From an uncultured Acidimicrobiaceae bacterium (GTDB lineage: Bacteria > Actinomycetota > Acidimicrobiia > Acidimicrobiales > RAAP-2), in NCBI GenBank assembly GCA_963777485.1, contig CAVZQP010000002.1, positions 1,006,030-1,070,029 of the forward strand: 64,000 nucleotides of DNA, in the 5' to 3' direction. Below, piece after piece: positions 39,672 through 46,976 of this stretch; the stretch's first letter is position 1, and each line of letters starts with the position of its first letter. The translations under genes were made by a program, and so were the position numbers. The notes under the pieces are model-generated. The model was not told the origin of the DNA and did not search any database. It saw only the letters and a list, made by a program, of their open reading frames with translations.

Positions 39672-39810
39672 ACGTGCGGGCTCTCTCCATCACCCCAGTC
39701 ACCAGCGGCCTCACCGCCCGTGTTGCCCCCGCCCCTTCCCTGAACTGCCATTGCACGGATTTTCCGCGAAACGGGGCTTACAGCCACCGCCGTGTGGGTA
39801 TCAGAAGGCG

Positions 39811-39850
39811 GTCTGATTCCCAGCGGAGGAGTCTGATTCCTAGCGGAGGA
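39811..39850 (+). repeat. 20-bp tandem duplication gtctgattcc(c/t)agcggagga x2, each copy carrying a GGAGGA Shine-Dalgarno-like motif
   Basis: Read directly with one mismatch. It ends 11 nt before the ATG at 39862. Confidence 0.7.
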
Positions 39851-39861
39851 GTGGTGGGTCG

Positions 39862-40650
39862 ATGAAGCGTTTTCTGTCGTTGTTCGCGCTGTTGCCGATG
39901 TTGTTCATGTTCTCTTCGGTTGCCGGTGCAGCCTCGGCGGCCGTGCCGGAGGTGTTCCACAGTCCGATCAATATCTTGGGCGTCGAGCACAACAATGTGA
40001 GCTCGACAAACTGGTCGGGCTACGCGGTCGAGTCACCGAGCCAGTTCAGCGAAGTGACGGGCACCTGGGTCGAGCCGACGGCGTCATGCACCACCAGTGG
40101 GCACACGTACGCCGCCTTCTGGGTCGGCCTCGACGGCTACAACAGCAAGTCGGTGGAGCAGCTCGGAACGGACTCCGACTGCACGAAGGCCAACTCGCCC
40201 TCCTATTACGCGTGGTACGAGATGTACCCCGCCGCGTCGGTCAGCATCTCGACCACCACGTACCCGGTCAAGCCGGGTGACACGATGACCGCCTCAGTCA
40301 CCCGTTCGGGCACCAGCTACACCTTGGCCATCACGAGCAGCGAAGGCTGGACGTTCTCCACGACCCAGACCGGCAGCGACGCCAACAGCTCGGCTGAATG
40401 GATCGCCGAGGCGCCGGACACCTGCCTGTTGGTCTTCTGCAGCAACGCCCACCTGTCGAACTTCGGCACAGTCACGTTCTCGAGCTCCGAGGCCGCCACG
40501 GGTGGCGCCCTCCAGCCGGTGTCGTCCTTCACGACCAACAGCGGTCCGCACGACATCACGATGGCGACCAGCAGCGGGGTCACGCGGGCACAGCCCAGCG
40601 CCCTCACCGCGAGCGGCACAGGGTTCAGCGATACCTGGCATCACAACTAG
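39862..40650 (+). CDS. Secreted G1-family (eqolisin, Peptidase_A4) glutamic endopeptidase homologue
   Basis: Signal peptide MKRFLSLFALLPMLFMFSSVAGAASA. Motifs NWSGYAV, GTWVEPT, FWVGLDG, VEQLGT (candidate catalytic Gln) and SAEWIAE (candidate catalytic Glu). Confidence 0.8.
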   Translation: MKRFLSLFALLPMLFMFSSVAGAASAAVPEVFHSPINILGVEHNNVSSTNWSGYAVESPSQFSEVTGTWVEPTASCTTSGHTYAAFWVGLDGYNSKSVEQLGTDSDCTKANSPSYYAWYEMYPAASVSISTTTYPVKPGDTMTASVTRSGTSYTLAITSSEGWTFSTTQTGSDANSSAEWIAEAPDTCLLVFCSNAHLSNFGTVTFSSSEAATGGALQPVSSFTTNSGPHDITMATSSGVTRAQPSALTASGTGFSDTWHHN

Positions 40651-40686
40651 CGGGCGCCAGGGACTTCCTCCGCGTAGCGAGGCATA

Positions 40687-40714
40687 GGCCCGTCCGGTTC
40701 GAGCCGGGCGGGCC
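40687..40714. terminator. GC-rich hairpin (11-bp stem including one G-U pair, loop UUCGAG) between convergent genes
   Basis: ggcccgtccgg-ttcgag-ccgggcgggcc read directly. No U-tract. Confidence 0.45.
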
Positions 40715-40721
40715 GCAGCAG

Positions 40722-41162
40722 TTATCCCTCGCGGGTTCCCCACTCGGGGTCGAGCTGGCGCAGGAACAGCGCGCAGCGCTGCTCTTCGTCCACTTCGTCG
40801 ATGGCTGCCGCCGCCAGCTGAAGGTTGTGCAGCGATCGGAGGAAGCCACGGTTGGATTCGTGGCGCCAGCGCACATAGCCCGAACCGCGCCACCCGGCGG
40901 CACGGAGGGCGTCGAGGCCGCGGTGGTAGCCGACGCGGGCATAGGCGTACTGCGCGATCGGGTCGCCCGCCAGCTCGGAAAGGTCCGCCCACGCCTGGAG
41001 GCAGCGCGGGTCGCTCGCGGCGACGGCCGCCACGGCCTCCCGACGACGGTCCGGAGGGAGGGACCGGGCCGCGTCGAGAGCGGCGGCAAGGTCCGGCGCG
41101 AGCGGGTCGAGGACGGTCTCCGGGGTGCCGGAGGTGAACTGGACTGAGTGCTCGGGAGTCAC
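40722..41162 (-). CDS. DUF3151-domain protein
   Basis: ...AQYAYARVGYHRGLDALRAAGWRGSGYVRW.H..NRGFLR.L..L...A..I.E..E..RC..FL.QLDP matches my memory of DUF3151. Confidence 0.75.
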   Translation of the reverse strand: MTPEHSVQFTSGTPETVLDPLAPDLAAALDAARSLPPDRRREAVAAVAASDPRCLQAWADLSELAGDPIAQYAYARVGYHRGLDALRAAGWRGSGYVRWRHESNRGFLRSLHNLQLAAAAIDEVDEEQRCALFLRQLDPEWGTREG

Positions 41163-41261
41163 CGGGCCATGTTATGAGCGCGCCCCGGAGAACGGTCGGT
41201 CGCCGCGGCGCATGACCGGCGGAATGTCGGAATACACGGGGCCGGCGGTACTGTTCCGCCC

Positions 41262-41969
41262 GTGCTGACGCCAGAGCCCGCGTCCTCGAATTCGTTCCAG
41301 CATCATCCAGGACTACGCGACCGTGAGCGCGAGTCCCGGCAGTTGGCCGACGTCCTGCGTCGCCTGATCCGCCTGTCGGTCAGTACGGCTCCGTCTGCCG
41401 CGGAGACGCAACGGCTGACGGCGCAGTTGGCCGCCGTGGCGGACGAACTCGAGCAACACGCGCCCGAGATCCCGATCCCGCGCTTCATGGCCCCCGAGCC
41501 CGACGGCCCGCCCAAAGAGGTGCCGCTCGGTGGGGCCATGCCCTATGACCCCATCGTCGGCCCGTTCAATCCGCTGGCGCTGCCGGTCGTCCTCGAGTTC
41601 GACCCGCCGATCGCTCGTGGCCGTGGCACGTTCGACGTCGCCTACGAGGGCGCGCCCGGCTGCGTCCACGGCGCCATCCTCGTTGCGGTGTTCGACATCA
41701 TCTTGACGGCGGCGAATGCGATCGCCGGCCACACCGGTCCCACGGTGCGCCTCGGCGTGCGCTACAAGCGTCCGACGCTGTGCAACGAGGAGGCGGTGTT
41801 CGAGGGCTGGGTCACCGACGTCGAGGGCAAACGGATCCACTCGGAGGGCCGTATCGTGCAGGGCGGGATTGTGACCGTCGAGGCCCATGGGGAGTTCGCC
41901 ATCTTCGACCACGAGGGCGTGTACCGCATGGCGAATGCGCGACGGCGGGCCTTCGACGCCGGCGATTAG
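41262..41969 (+). CDS. PaaI-like hotdog thioesterase with N-terminal extension
   Basis: ...GCVHGAILVAVFDIILTAANA...VRLGVRYKRPT..., GTG start. Confidence 0.7.
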   Translation: MLTPEPASSNSFQHHPGLRDRERESRQLADVLRRLIRLSVSTAPSAAETQRLTAQLAAVADELEQHAPEIPIPRFMAPEPDGPPKEVPLGGAMPYDPIVGPFNPLALPVVLEFDPPIARGRGTFDVAYEGAPGCVHGAILVAVFDIILTAANAIAGHTGPTVRLGVRYKRPTLCNEEAVFEGWVTDVEGKRIHSEGRIVQGGIVTVEAHGEFAIFDHEGVYRMANARRRAFDAGD

Positions 41970-41996
41970 GGCGGGCGGCCTGGGGTCTACCCGGCT

Positions 41997-42446
41997 ATGA
42001 ACCGACTCTCGCTCGAGCCCTCGCGCAACGGGGCCGACTATGCCTTCGTACACCGGCTGCGCACACGTTTTGCCGAGACCGATGCCATGGGCGTCATCCA
42101 CCATGCGGCGTACCTGCCGTATCTCGAAGAGGCGCGCGTCGAATATCTGAGATCCATCGAGCATCCCTACGGCGCGGTGCGTAGTGGACGAGGCGAGGAC
42201 AGCCGGGACTTCCCCGTGCTCGAGGTGTCAGTGCGCTACCGCAGGCCGCTGAGGTTCGACCAGGAGGTCGACGTGTCGCTGCTGATCGGGGCCGTGACGC
42301 GCACGACCTTCCAAATCGCGTATCTCCTGTCGGTCGACGGCGAAGTGATGGCGACGGCGGTCACCGTGCACGGATGTGTCGACCGCCGTGGCCGGCCGGC
42401 CCGGCTGCCGGAGTGGGTGGAGGAGAAGGTCGGACCCGGTTCATAG
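41997..42446 (+). CDS. YbgC/FadM-type acyl-CoA thioesterase (4HBT)
   Basis: HRLRTRFAETDAMGVIHHAAYLPYLEEARVEYLR is the family N-terminal signature, including the catalytic Asp. Confidence 0.8.
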   Translation: MNRLSLEPSRNGADYAFVHRLRTRFAETDAMGVIHHAAYLPYLEEARVEYLRSIEHPYGAVRSGRGEDSRDFPVLEVSVRYRRPLRFDQEVDVSLLIGAVTRTTFQIAYLLSVDGEVMATAVTVHGCVDRRGRPARLPEWVEEKVGPGS

Positions 42447-42489
42447 CCCTGCGAGTGACGAGCGTGGTGGTGGCACGACCAATCACCGG

Positions 42490-42654
42490 CAGCCTGGCCG
42501 CCTCGAGATCTATGCAGTGCCAAGCCCGGCCGTGCCGGTGGAGTGGGTGGCCGTCATGGGCGTCGCGGCCTTGGCGTTGGCGATGCTGGTAGCTCTCGTG
42601 CGGGGGCGGATTGCCGCTCGGACGCCGGCCGCCTTGTTGCTGCGAGGCGAATAG
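42490..42654 (+). pseudogene. Relic of the extreme C-terminus of an FtsX-family ABC permease
   Basis: ...IYAVPSPAVPVEWVAVMGVAALALAMLVALVRGRIAARTPAALLLRGE* is the canonical last TM helix plus the AARTxPAxxLRxE tail of actinobacterial FtsX-like permeases. Upstream sequence in that frame is non-protein-like. Confidence 0.4.
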
Positions 42655-42667
42655 CGCAGTCCGGCCG

Positions 42668-43252
42668 CTACAGCGTCGACACCAATCTTGCAAAGGATTC
42701 CGTCATCAACCGCTTCGCCGCGGCGGGGTCGTCGGCCCGCGCCACCACCATCCCTGCCTGCATGACCGCGCCGACGAGGAGGTGCGTGAGGGAATCGACC
42801 GACGCCGCGTCGATCCGGCCCGTCTCCGCCGCAATCGCCAAAACCGCCTTGATGGTGCCGAACGCATAGCGCTCATCGAGCTCGTGCCAGGTGTCCCAGC
42901 CGAGGACTGTGGGCGCGTCGAGCATCACGATGCGCTGCACCTCTGGGTTGACGCACTGCTCCAAGAACGCGTGGAAGCCGAGCTCCAAGATCCGGATCGG
43001 GTCGGTCTCGCCGCCAGCCGTCGCGGTCTCGAGGAGCTTCGCCGTCAGCTCTTCCTCCACCGCTTCGAATGTGGCCCGGAAGAGGTCCGTCTTGCTCGAG
43101 AAGTGGTGGTAGAGCGCGCCACGACTGACCTGGGCCTCGCTCAGGATCTCCTCGGTCGAGGTGGCAGCGAACCCCTCTTCCGCAAACAGTCGGCGAGCAG
43201 TCGCGATCAGCCGGCCGCGGGTCGCTTCGGTGCGTTCTGCCTGCGTGGGCAC
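42668..43252 (-). CDS. TetR/AcrR-family transcriptional regulator
   Basis: TRGRLIATARRLFAEEGFAATSTEEILSEAQVSRGALYHHFSSK is the TetR HTH. Confidence 0.9.
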   Translation of the reverse strand: MPTQAERTEATRGRLIATARRLFAEEGFAATSTEEILSEAQVSRGALYHHFSSKTDLFRATFEAVEEELTAKLLETATAGGETDPIRILELGFHAFLEQCVNPEVQRIVMLDAPTVLGWDTWHELDERYAFGTIKAVLAIAAETGRIDAASVDSLTHLLVGAVMQAGMVVARADDPAAAKRLMTESFARLVSTL

Positions 43253-43273
43253 GGTGGGATCCTATCCTCTCTT

Positions 43274-43292
43274 TACAAACAGACAGTTGGTA
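43274..43292. promoter_or_regulatory. Imperfect inverted repeat TACAAAC-agaca-GTTGGTA, candidate TetR operator
   Basis: Read in the 55-bp divergent spacer between the TetR gene and the hydrolase gene. One mismatch between arms. Confidence 0.4.
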
Positions 43293-43307
43293 TGTAGAGT
43301 GTGGGGC

Positions 43308-44222
43308 ATGACCCCCCCGACGAAAACCAAGAACCCGAATCCACCGACCGCCGTTCCGACGGTCCTGTCCCGGCAACTGGCCGAGCTCTCCGGTGGGCCC
43401 GTCGCCTACGTCGACCAGGGCGACCCGGACTCGCCGGCGGCCCTCTTCGTCCACGGCGTGCTCGTCAACGCGGACCTGTGGCGCAACGTCATCTGGGACG
43501 TGGCGGACGTGCGCCGCTGCATCGCGCCGGACCTGTCGGCCCACGGTGGGACGCCGATTCCGGAAGCGGGAGCGTCCGGCTACGACCTGACCTTGCACGG
43601 GCACGCCGCACGGCTCGACGAGTTGTGCGCGCATCTCGACCTCGACCAGGTCGACCTAATTGCCAACGACACCGGTGGCGCCGTGGCGCAGGTCTTCGCC
43701 GCCCGCTATCCGGGACGGATCCGCACGCTCACCCTCACGAACTGCGACTGTCAGGACAACTTCCCGCCGGAGCTCTTCGAGCCGTTCGTGGCCATGGCGG
43801 AAGCGGGGGAACTCGGTCCGGTGGTTGCCGCCATGGCGGGCGACTACGCGTTGGCACGGTCGGAGGCCGGGTACGGGCAGGGCTACGCGTCCGCGGGCCA
43901 GCTGAGCGACGAGCTGCTCACGAGCTACACGGGTCCCTTCGCGGCCGATGGCGGCAAGGGCCTCGAGCGTTTTCTCGTCGCGCCGAAGGCAGAGGAGCTG
44001 GTCGCGGTCGCGCCGCTCCTGGCGGAGCTGCGAGCCCCTGTCCAGCTTGCCTGGGGCACCGCCGACATCTTCTTCCCGCCCTCGTGGACTGAGCGCATGC
44101 GCGAGCTCCTGCCGTCGACCGAGCGGGTCACCCTGGTGACCGACGCCATGCTGTTCTGGCCCGACGAGCGAGCGGCGGAACTCGTCCCGCTGCTGCGTGA
44201 CTTCTGGGCGGCCCACGCCTGA
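43308..44222 (+). CDS. Alpha/beta hydrolase (haloalkane-dehalogenase/epoxide-hydrolase-like fold)
   Basis: ...ALFVHGVLVNADLW..., nucleophile region LIANDTGGAV, and C-terminal ...FFPPSW... . Confidence 0.85.
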   Translation: MTPPTKTKNPNPPTAVPTVLSRQLAELSGGPVAYVDQGDPDSPAALFVHGVLVNADLWRNVIWDVADVRRCIAPDLSAHGGTPIPEAGASGYDLTLHGHAARLDELCAHLDLDQVDLIANDTGGAVAQVFAARYPGRIRTLTLTNCDCQDNFPPELFEPFVAMAEAGELGPVVAAMAGDYALARSEAGYGQGYASAGQLSDELLTSYTGPFAADGGKGLERFLVAPKAEELVAVAPLLAELRAPVQLAWGTADIFFPPSWTERMRELLPSTERVTLVTDAMLFWPDERAAELVPLLRDFWAAHA

Positions 44223-44236
44223 CCACTCCCGTCTGC

Positions 44237-44695
44237 ATGAGCTCACGGTCGCCCCGATGCGCATCTCCCGCGCACCGGGGCGTTACCGTGCAGGCAGTGG
44301 GCAGTACGACACGGATCTCTTCGTTGCGGGGCGCCCGCGACCTGATGGACCGGCGCTACGCCGAACCGCTCGACCTGGACCAGATGGCCGCGCACGTCGG
44401 GTTTTCGAAGTTCCACTTCGCCCGCGCCTTCAAGGACGCCTACGGCGAGACGCCGGCGAACTACCTCACGCGCCGGCGGGTGGAACGGGCCAAGGACTTG
44501 TTGCGCTCCGCCAACCTGACAGTGACCGAGGTGTGCATGCTGGTCGGCTTCTCGAGCCTCGGCTCGTTCAGCTCGCGCTTCTCGGAGCTGGTCGGCATGT
44601 CGCCCAGCGCGTTCCAGCTGGCGGCCGCCGCCCGGGGGGGCCCACCTCCGATTCCGGGCTGCTTCATGATGCAGTGGTCGCGGCCACGACCCTGA
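44237..44695 (+). CDS. AraC-family (HTH-only, short) transcriptional regulator
   Basis: ...LDLDQMAAHVGFSKFHFARAFKDAYGETPANYLTRRRVERAKDLLRSANLTVTEVCMLVGFSSLGSFSSRF... . Confidence 0.8.
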   Translation: MSSRSPRCASPAHRGVTVQAVGSTTRISSLRGARDLMDRRYAEPLDLDQMAAHVGFSKFHFARAFKDAYGETPANYLTRRRVERAKDLLRSANLTVTEVCMLVGFSSLGSFSSRFSELVGMSPSAFQLAAAARGGPPPIPGCFMMQWSRPRP

Positions 44696-44815
44696 TGGTC
44701 GTCGTCCGCCGGGCGGGTTGACGCGAAAGAGCGCAAGGACGGAGAAGCCAACGGTGGGGTCGACGCCTTAGCCTGAGGTGGACGAAACAAACCGCCTGAA
44801 GGGAGCGCCGCGACC

Positions 44816-45277
44816 ATGATTCGCCAGATGTCGCACACGAACATCTTCGTCCTCGACCAGGACTCAGCGAAGGCCTTCTACACCGAGAAACTCGGCTTCG
44901 AGGCTCGCTTCGACATCTCCATGGGCGAGGAGTTCGAGGGGGCGGGACAAGGCTTCCGCTGGCTCACCGTCTCGCCCAAGGAGCAGCCCGACCTTCAAAT
45001 CGTGCTCGCCTCCTGCGACATGGGTCGCACGCACGAACAGGCCGAGCAGCTACGCGCGCTCGTCGCGAGCGGCGGCATGGGACCCGGCGTGATGACGACC
45101 GACGACTGCCAACAGACCTACAAGGAGCTCTCGGCCAAGGGCGTTACGTTCCTGTCCGAACCGACGGAGCGCCCCTACGGCGTCGAGGCGATGATGCGCG
45201 ACGACTCGGGGAACCTGATCAGCCTGACCCAGCCGTTCGCCTTCGTGTACGACCCGGAGGCCGCGTCCACCGGCTAG
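44816..45277 (+). CDS. VOC (glyoxalase) family protein
   Basis: SHTNIFVLDQDSAKAFYTEKLGFE... and ...MMRDDSGNLISLTQ. Confidence 0.8.
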   Translation: MIRQMSHTNIFVLDQDSAKAFYTEKLGFEARFDISMGEEFEGAGQGFRWLTVSPKEQPDLQIVLASCDMGRTHEQAEQLRALVASGGMGPGVMTTDDCQQTYKELSAKGVTFLSEPTERPYGVEAMMRDDSGNLISLTQPFAFVYDPEAASTG

Positions 45278-45322
45278 CCACGCCTGTTCTTCGGGACAGC
45301 TCAGGACCGCAGGGACCTCGAC

Positions 45323-45348
45323 GTACCCACCCCGGGCGGGGTGGGTAC
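45323..45348 (+). terminator. Perfect 11-bp GC-rich hairpin (gtacccacccc-gggc-ggggtgggtac)
   Basis: Read directly, 46 nt after the VOC stop codon. Confidence 0.55.
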
Positions 45349-45385
45349 GTCCGCGTTGGGGGGTTGACAGCGGAGGAGGCGATAT

Positions 45386-45401
45386 ATAACCATATGGTTA
45401 T
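45386..45401. promoter_or_regulatory. Perfect 16-bp palindrome ATAACCATATGGTTAT, candidate ArsR/SmtB operator
   Basis: Read directly. It overlaps the candidate ATG starts (45394, 45400) of the ArsR gene, with a TTGACA hexamer at 45364-45369. Confidence 0.55.
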
Positions 45402-45810
45402 GCCATCGACGGCCACCGCAGAACTGACCGAAAGCGACCTGGACAGGGCCTTCGGCGCGCTGTCGGATCCCACTCGGCGGGCGATCCTGGCCCGCCTCGC
45501 CGAGGGCGATGCGGGCGTGCTCGACGTGGCCGCACCGTTCCCGATGAGCCAGCCCGCCGTGACCAAGCACCTCAACGTCCTCGAGGAGGCGGGGCTGATC
45601 TCACGGCACCGGCGAGCGCGACAACGCCTCTGCCACCTCGAGCCGGTCCGGCTCAAGCAACTCTCGGACTGGGTGGGCACGTATCGCGAGTTCTGGGAGG
45701 AGAGCTTCGAGCGTCTCGACGAACTGCTCGAAGAACTTCAGAGCCCGCCGGAAGCAGACCAATCGAAAAGACAGACCAAGACAAAGGAGAAGCAAGGTGA
45801 CAATGACTGA
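45394..45810 (+). CDS. ArsR/SmtB-family transcriptional regulator
   Basis: ...FGALSDPTRRAILARLAEGDAGVLDVAAPFPMSQPAVTKHLNVLEEAGLI.. . The start is ambiguous (45364 TTG, 45394 or 45400 ATG). Confidence 0.85.
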   Translation: MVMPSTATAELTESDLDRAFGALSDPTRRAILARLAEGDAGVLDVAAPFPMSQPAVTKHLNVLEEAGLISRHRRARQRLCHLEPVRLKQLSDWVGTYREFWEESFERLDELLEELQSPPEADQSKRQTKTKEKQGDND

Positions 45811-46288
45811 CATCCCGACCGAGATCATCACCCCACCGGGCGAGCCCGTAATCCGCACCCGCCGGTTCTTCAAGGCGCCACCAGAACTCGTGTACCGGGC
45901 CCTGACCGAGCCCGAGTTGGTGCGCCGCTGGTTCGGACCCCGATACCTCGAGATCACCGTGAGCGAGGCCGACCTGCGCGTCGGCGGCACGTGGCGGGTC
46001 GTCCACCGCGCCCCCGACGGCACGGAATTCGGCTTCCACGGTGAGTTCGTCGAGCTGGATCCCCCTCGCAAGCGGGTCGGCACCTTTGTTTACGAGGGCG
46101 CGCCCGAGCACGTCGCCACCGAGACGATCGTCTGCGAGCCGGCGGAGGGTGGCACCATGCTGGTCTCGACGATGGTGCACGACTCCGTCGAAGCCCGCGA
46201 CCTGCACCTTGCGAGTGGCATGGAGGAGGGGATGCTCGACTCCTACAGCCGGCTCGACGAATTGGTGGCGGAAGAGCAAGCGACTTGA
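45797..46288 (+). CDS. SRPBCC (AHSA1/START-like) domain protein
   Basis: ...RRFFKAPPELVYRALTEPELVRRWFGP.... The GTG at 45797 is 7 nt after AAGGAG and overlaps the ArsR gene end. Confidence 0.85.
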   Translation: MTMTDIPTEIITPPGEPVIRTRRFFKAPPELVYRALTEPELVRRWFGPRYLEITVSEADLRVGGTWRVVHRAPDGTEFGFHGEFVELDPPRKRVGTFVYEGAPEHVATETIVCEPAEGGTMLVSTMVHDSVEARDLHLASGMEEGMLDSYSRLDELVAEEQAT

Positions 46289-46303
46289 TCGCTTGACTCG
46301 GGT

Positions 46304-46834
46304 TTAGGAGGACGCGGGATGGCCTGGGTGCAGCTGTGGGCTGGTGCGATGAGTCAGCAGCCCACGGCCGGGGCCTCCGACGGCGCGTACGGCACGGACC
46401 AGAAAGGCCTCATGGTCTCCTACCGAGAAGTGCCCGAGGATTCCTCCCTCGAGTGCCAACGAGACATCGGCCAGTAGTGGCGCCCCGGTCGTACCGATCC
46501 GCCAGTCGACGTCTGCGAATTTGTCGACCTCATCGCCCGTCTCCTCTCCGAACAGCCGGGCCATGTCCAGTTGCTCCTCACCCAGGAGGTGCAGACCCAT
46601 GGCGGATGAGCGCACCGCGACACCAAGGGTGTGGTTCAGCCGGGAGATGCATGCGATGAAGTTGGGTGGATCGATACTGCACTGCGTGACGAAGCCAGCC
46701 AGGCACCCGCTCATCTCTTCGTCGGGCGCCCGGACCGTCAACAGGTAATAGGGATAGTCGACCCGCTCGAAGAACGGAGCCAGATCACGGGCCGGGTCGG
46801 CCGCGGCAACCCGCGGCCCTTGCACCTCGGGCAT
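46304..46834 (-). CDS. Flavin reductase-like (FMN-binding split-barrel) protein
   Basis: ...MSGCLAGFVTQCSIDPPNFIACISRLNHT... and ...GDHEAFLVR... . Internal ATG at 46834 chosen. Confidence 0.7.
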   Translation of the reverse strand: MPEVQGPRVAAADPARDLAPFFERVDYPYYLLTVRAPDEEMSGCLAGFVTQCSIDPPNFIACISRLNHTLGVAVRSSAMGLHLLGEEQLDMARLFGEETGDEVDKFADVDWRIGTTGAPLLADVSLALEGGILGHFSVGDHEAFLVRAVRAVGGPGRGLLTHRTSPQLHPGHPASS

Positions 46835-46946
46835 TCGTTGCCTCCACGCCTCGCGCGCCACTAGTCCGAGGGGTGCGACGCCCACATGGAACTTGGCTGA
46901 AGACCCTTTGCCGAGCCCGCTGGGCTCCACCCCGCTAAAGGTTGCA

Positions 46947-46965
46947 GTACCCGGCCCACGGGTAC
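46947..46965. promoter_or_regulatory. Inverted repeat GTACCCG-gccca-CGGGTAC upstream of the MFS gene
   Basis: Read directly, 12 nt before the ATG at 46977. Confidence 0.3.
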
Positions 46966-46976
46966 GCAAAACTCAA

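Noticed and set aside
42376-42654. 92-aa ORF as an intact small gene
   Set aside because: Only the last ~50 codons look like protein (FtsX tail). The N-terminal part is Arg/Gly/Pro-rich with no start context, so I treat it as a relic.
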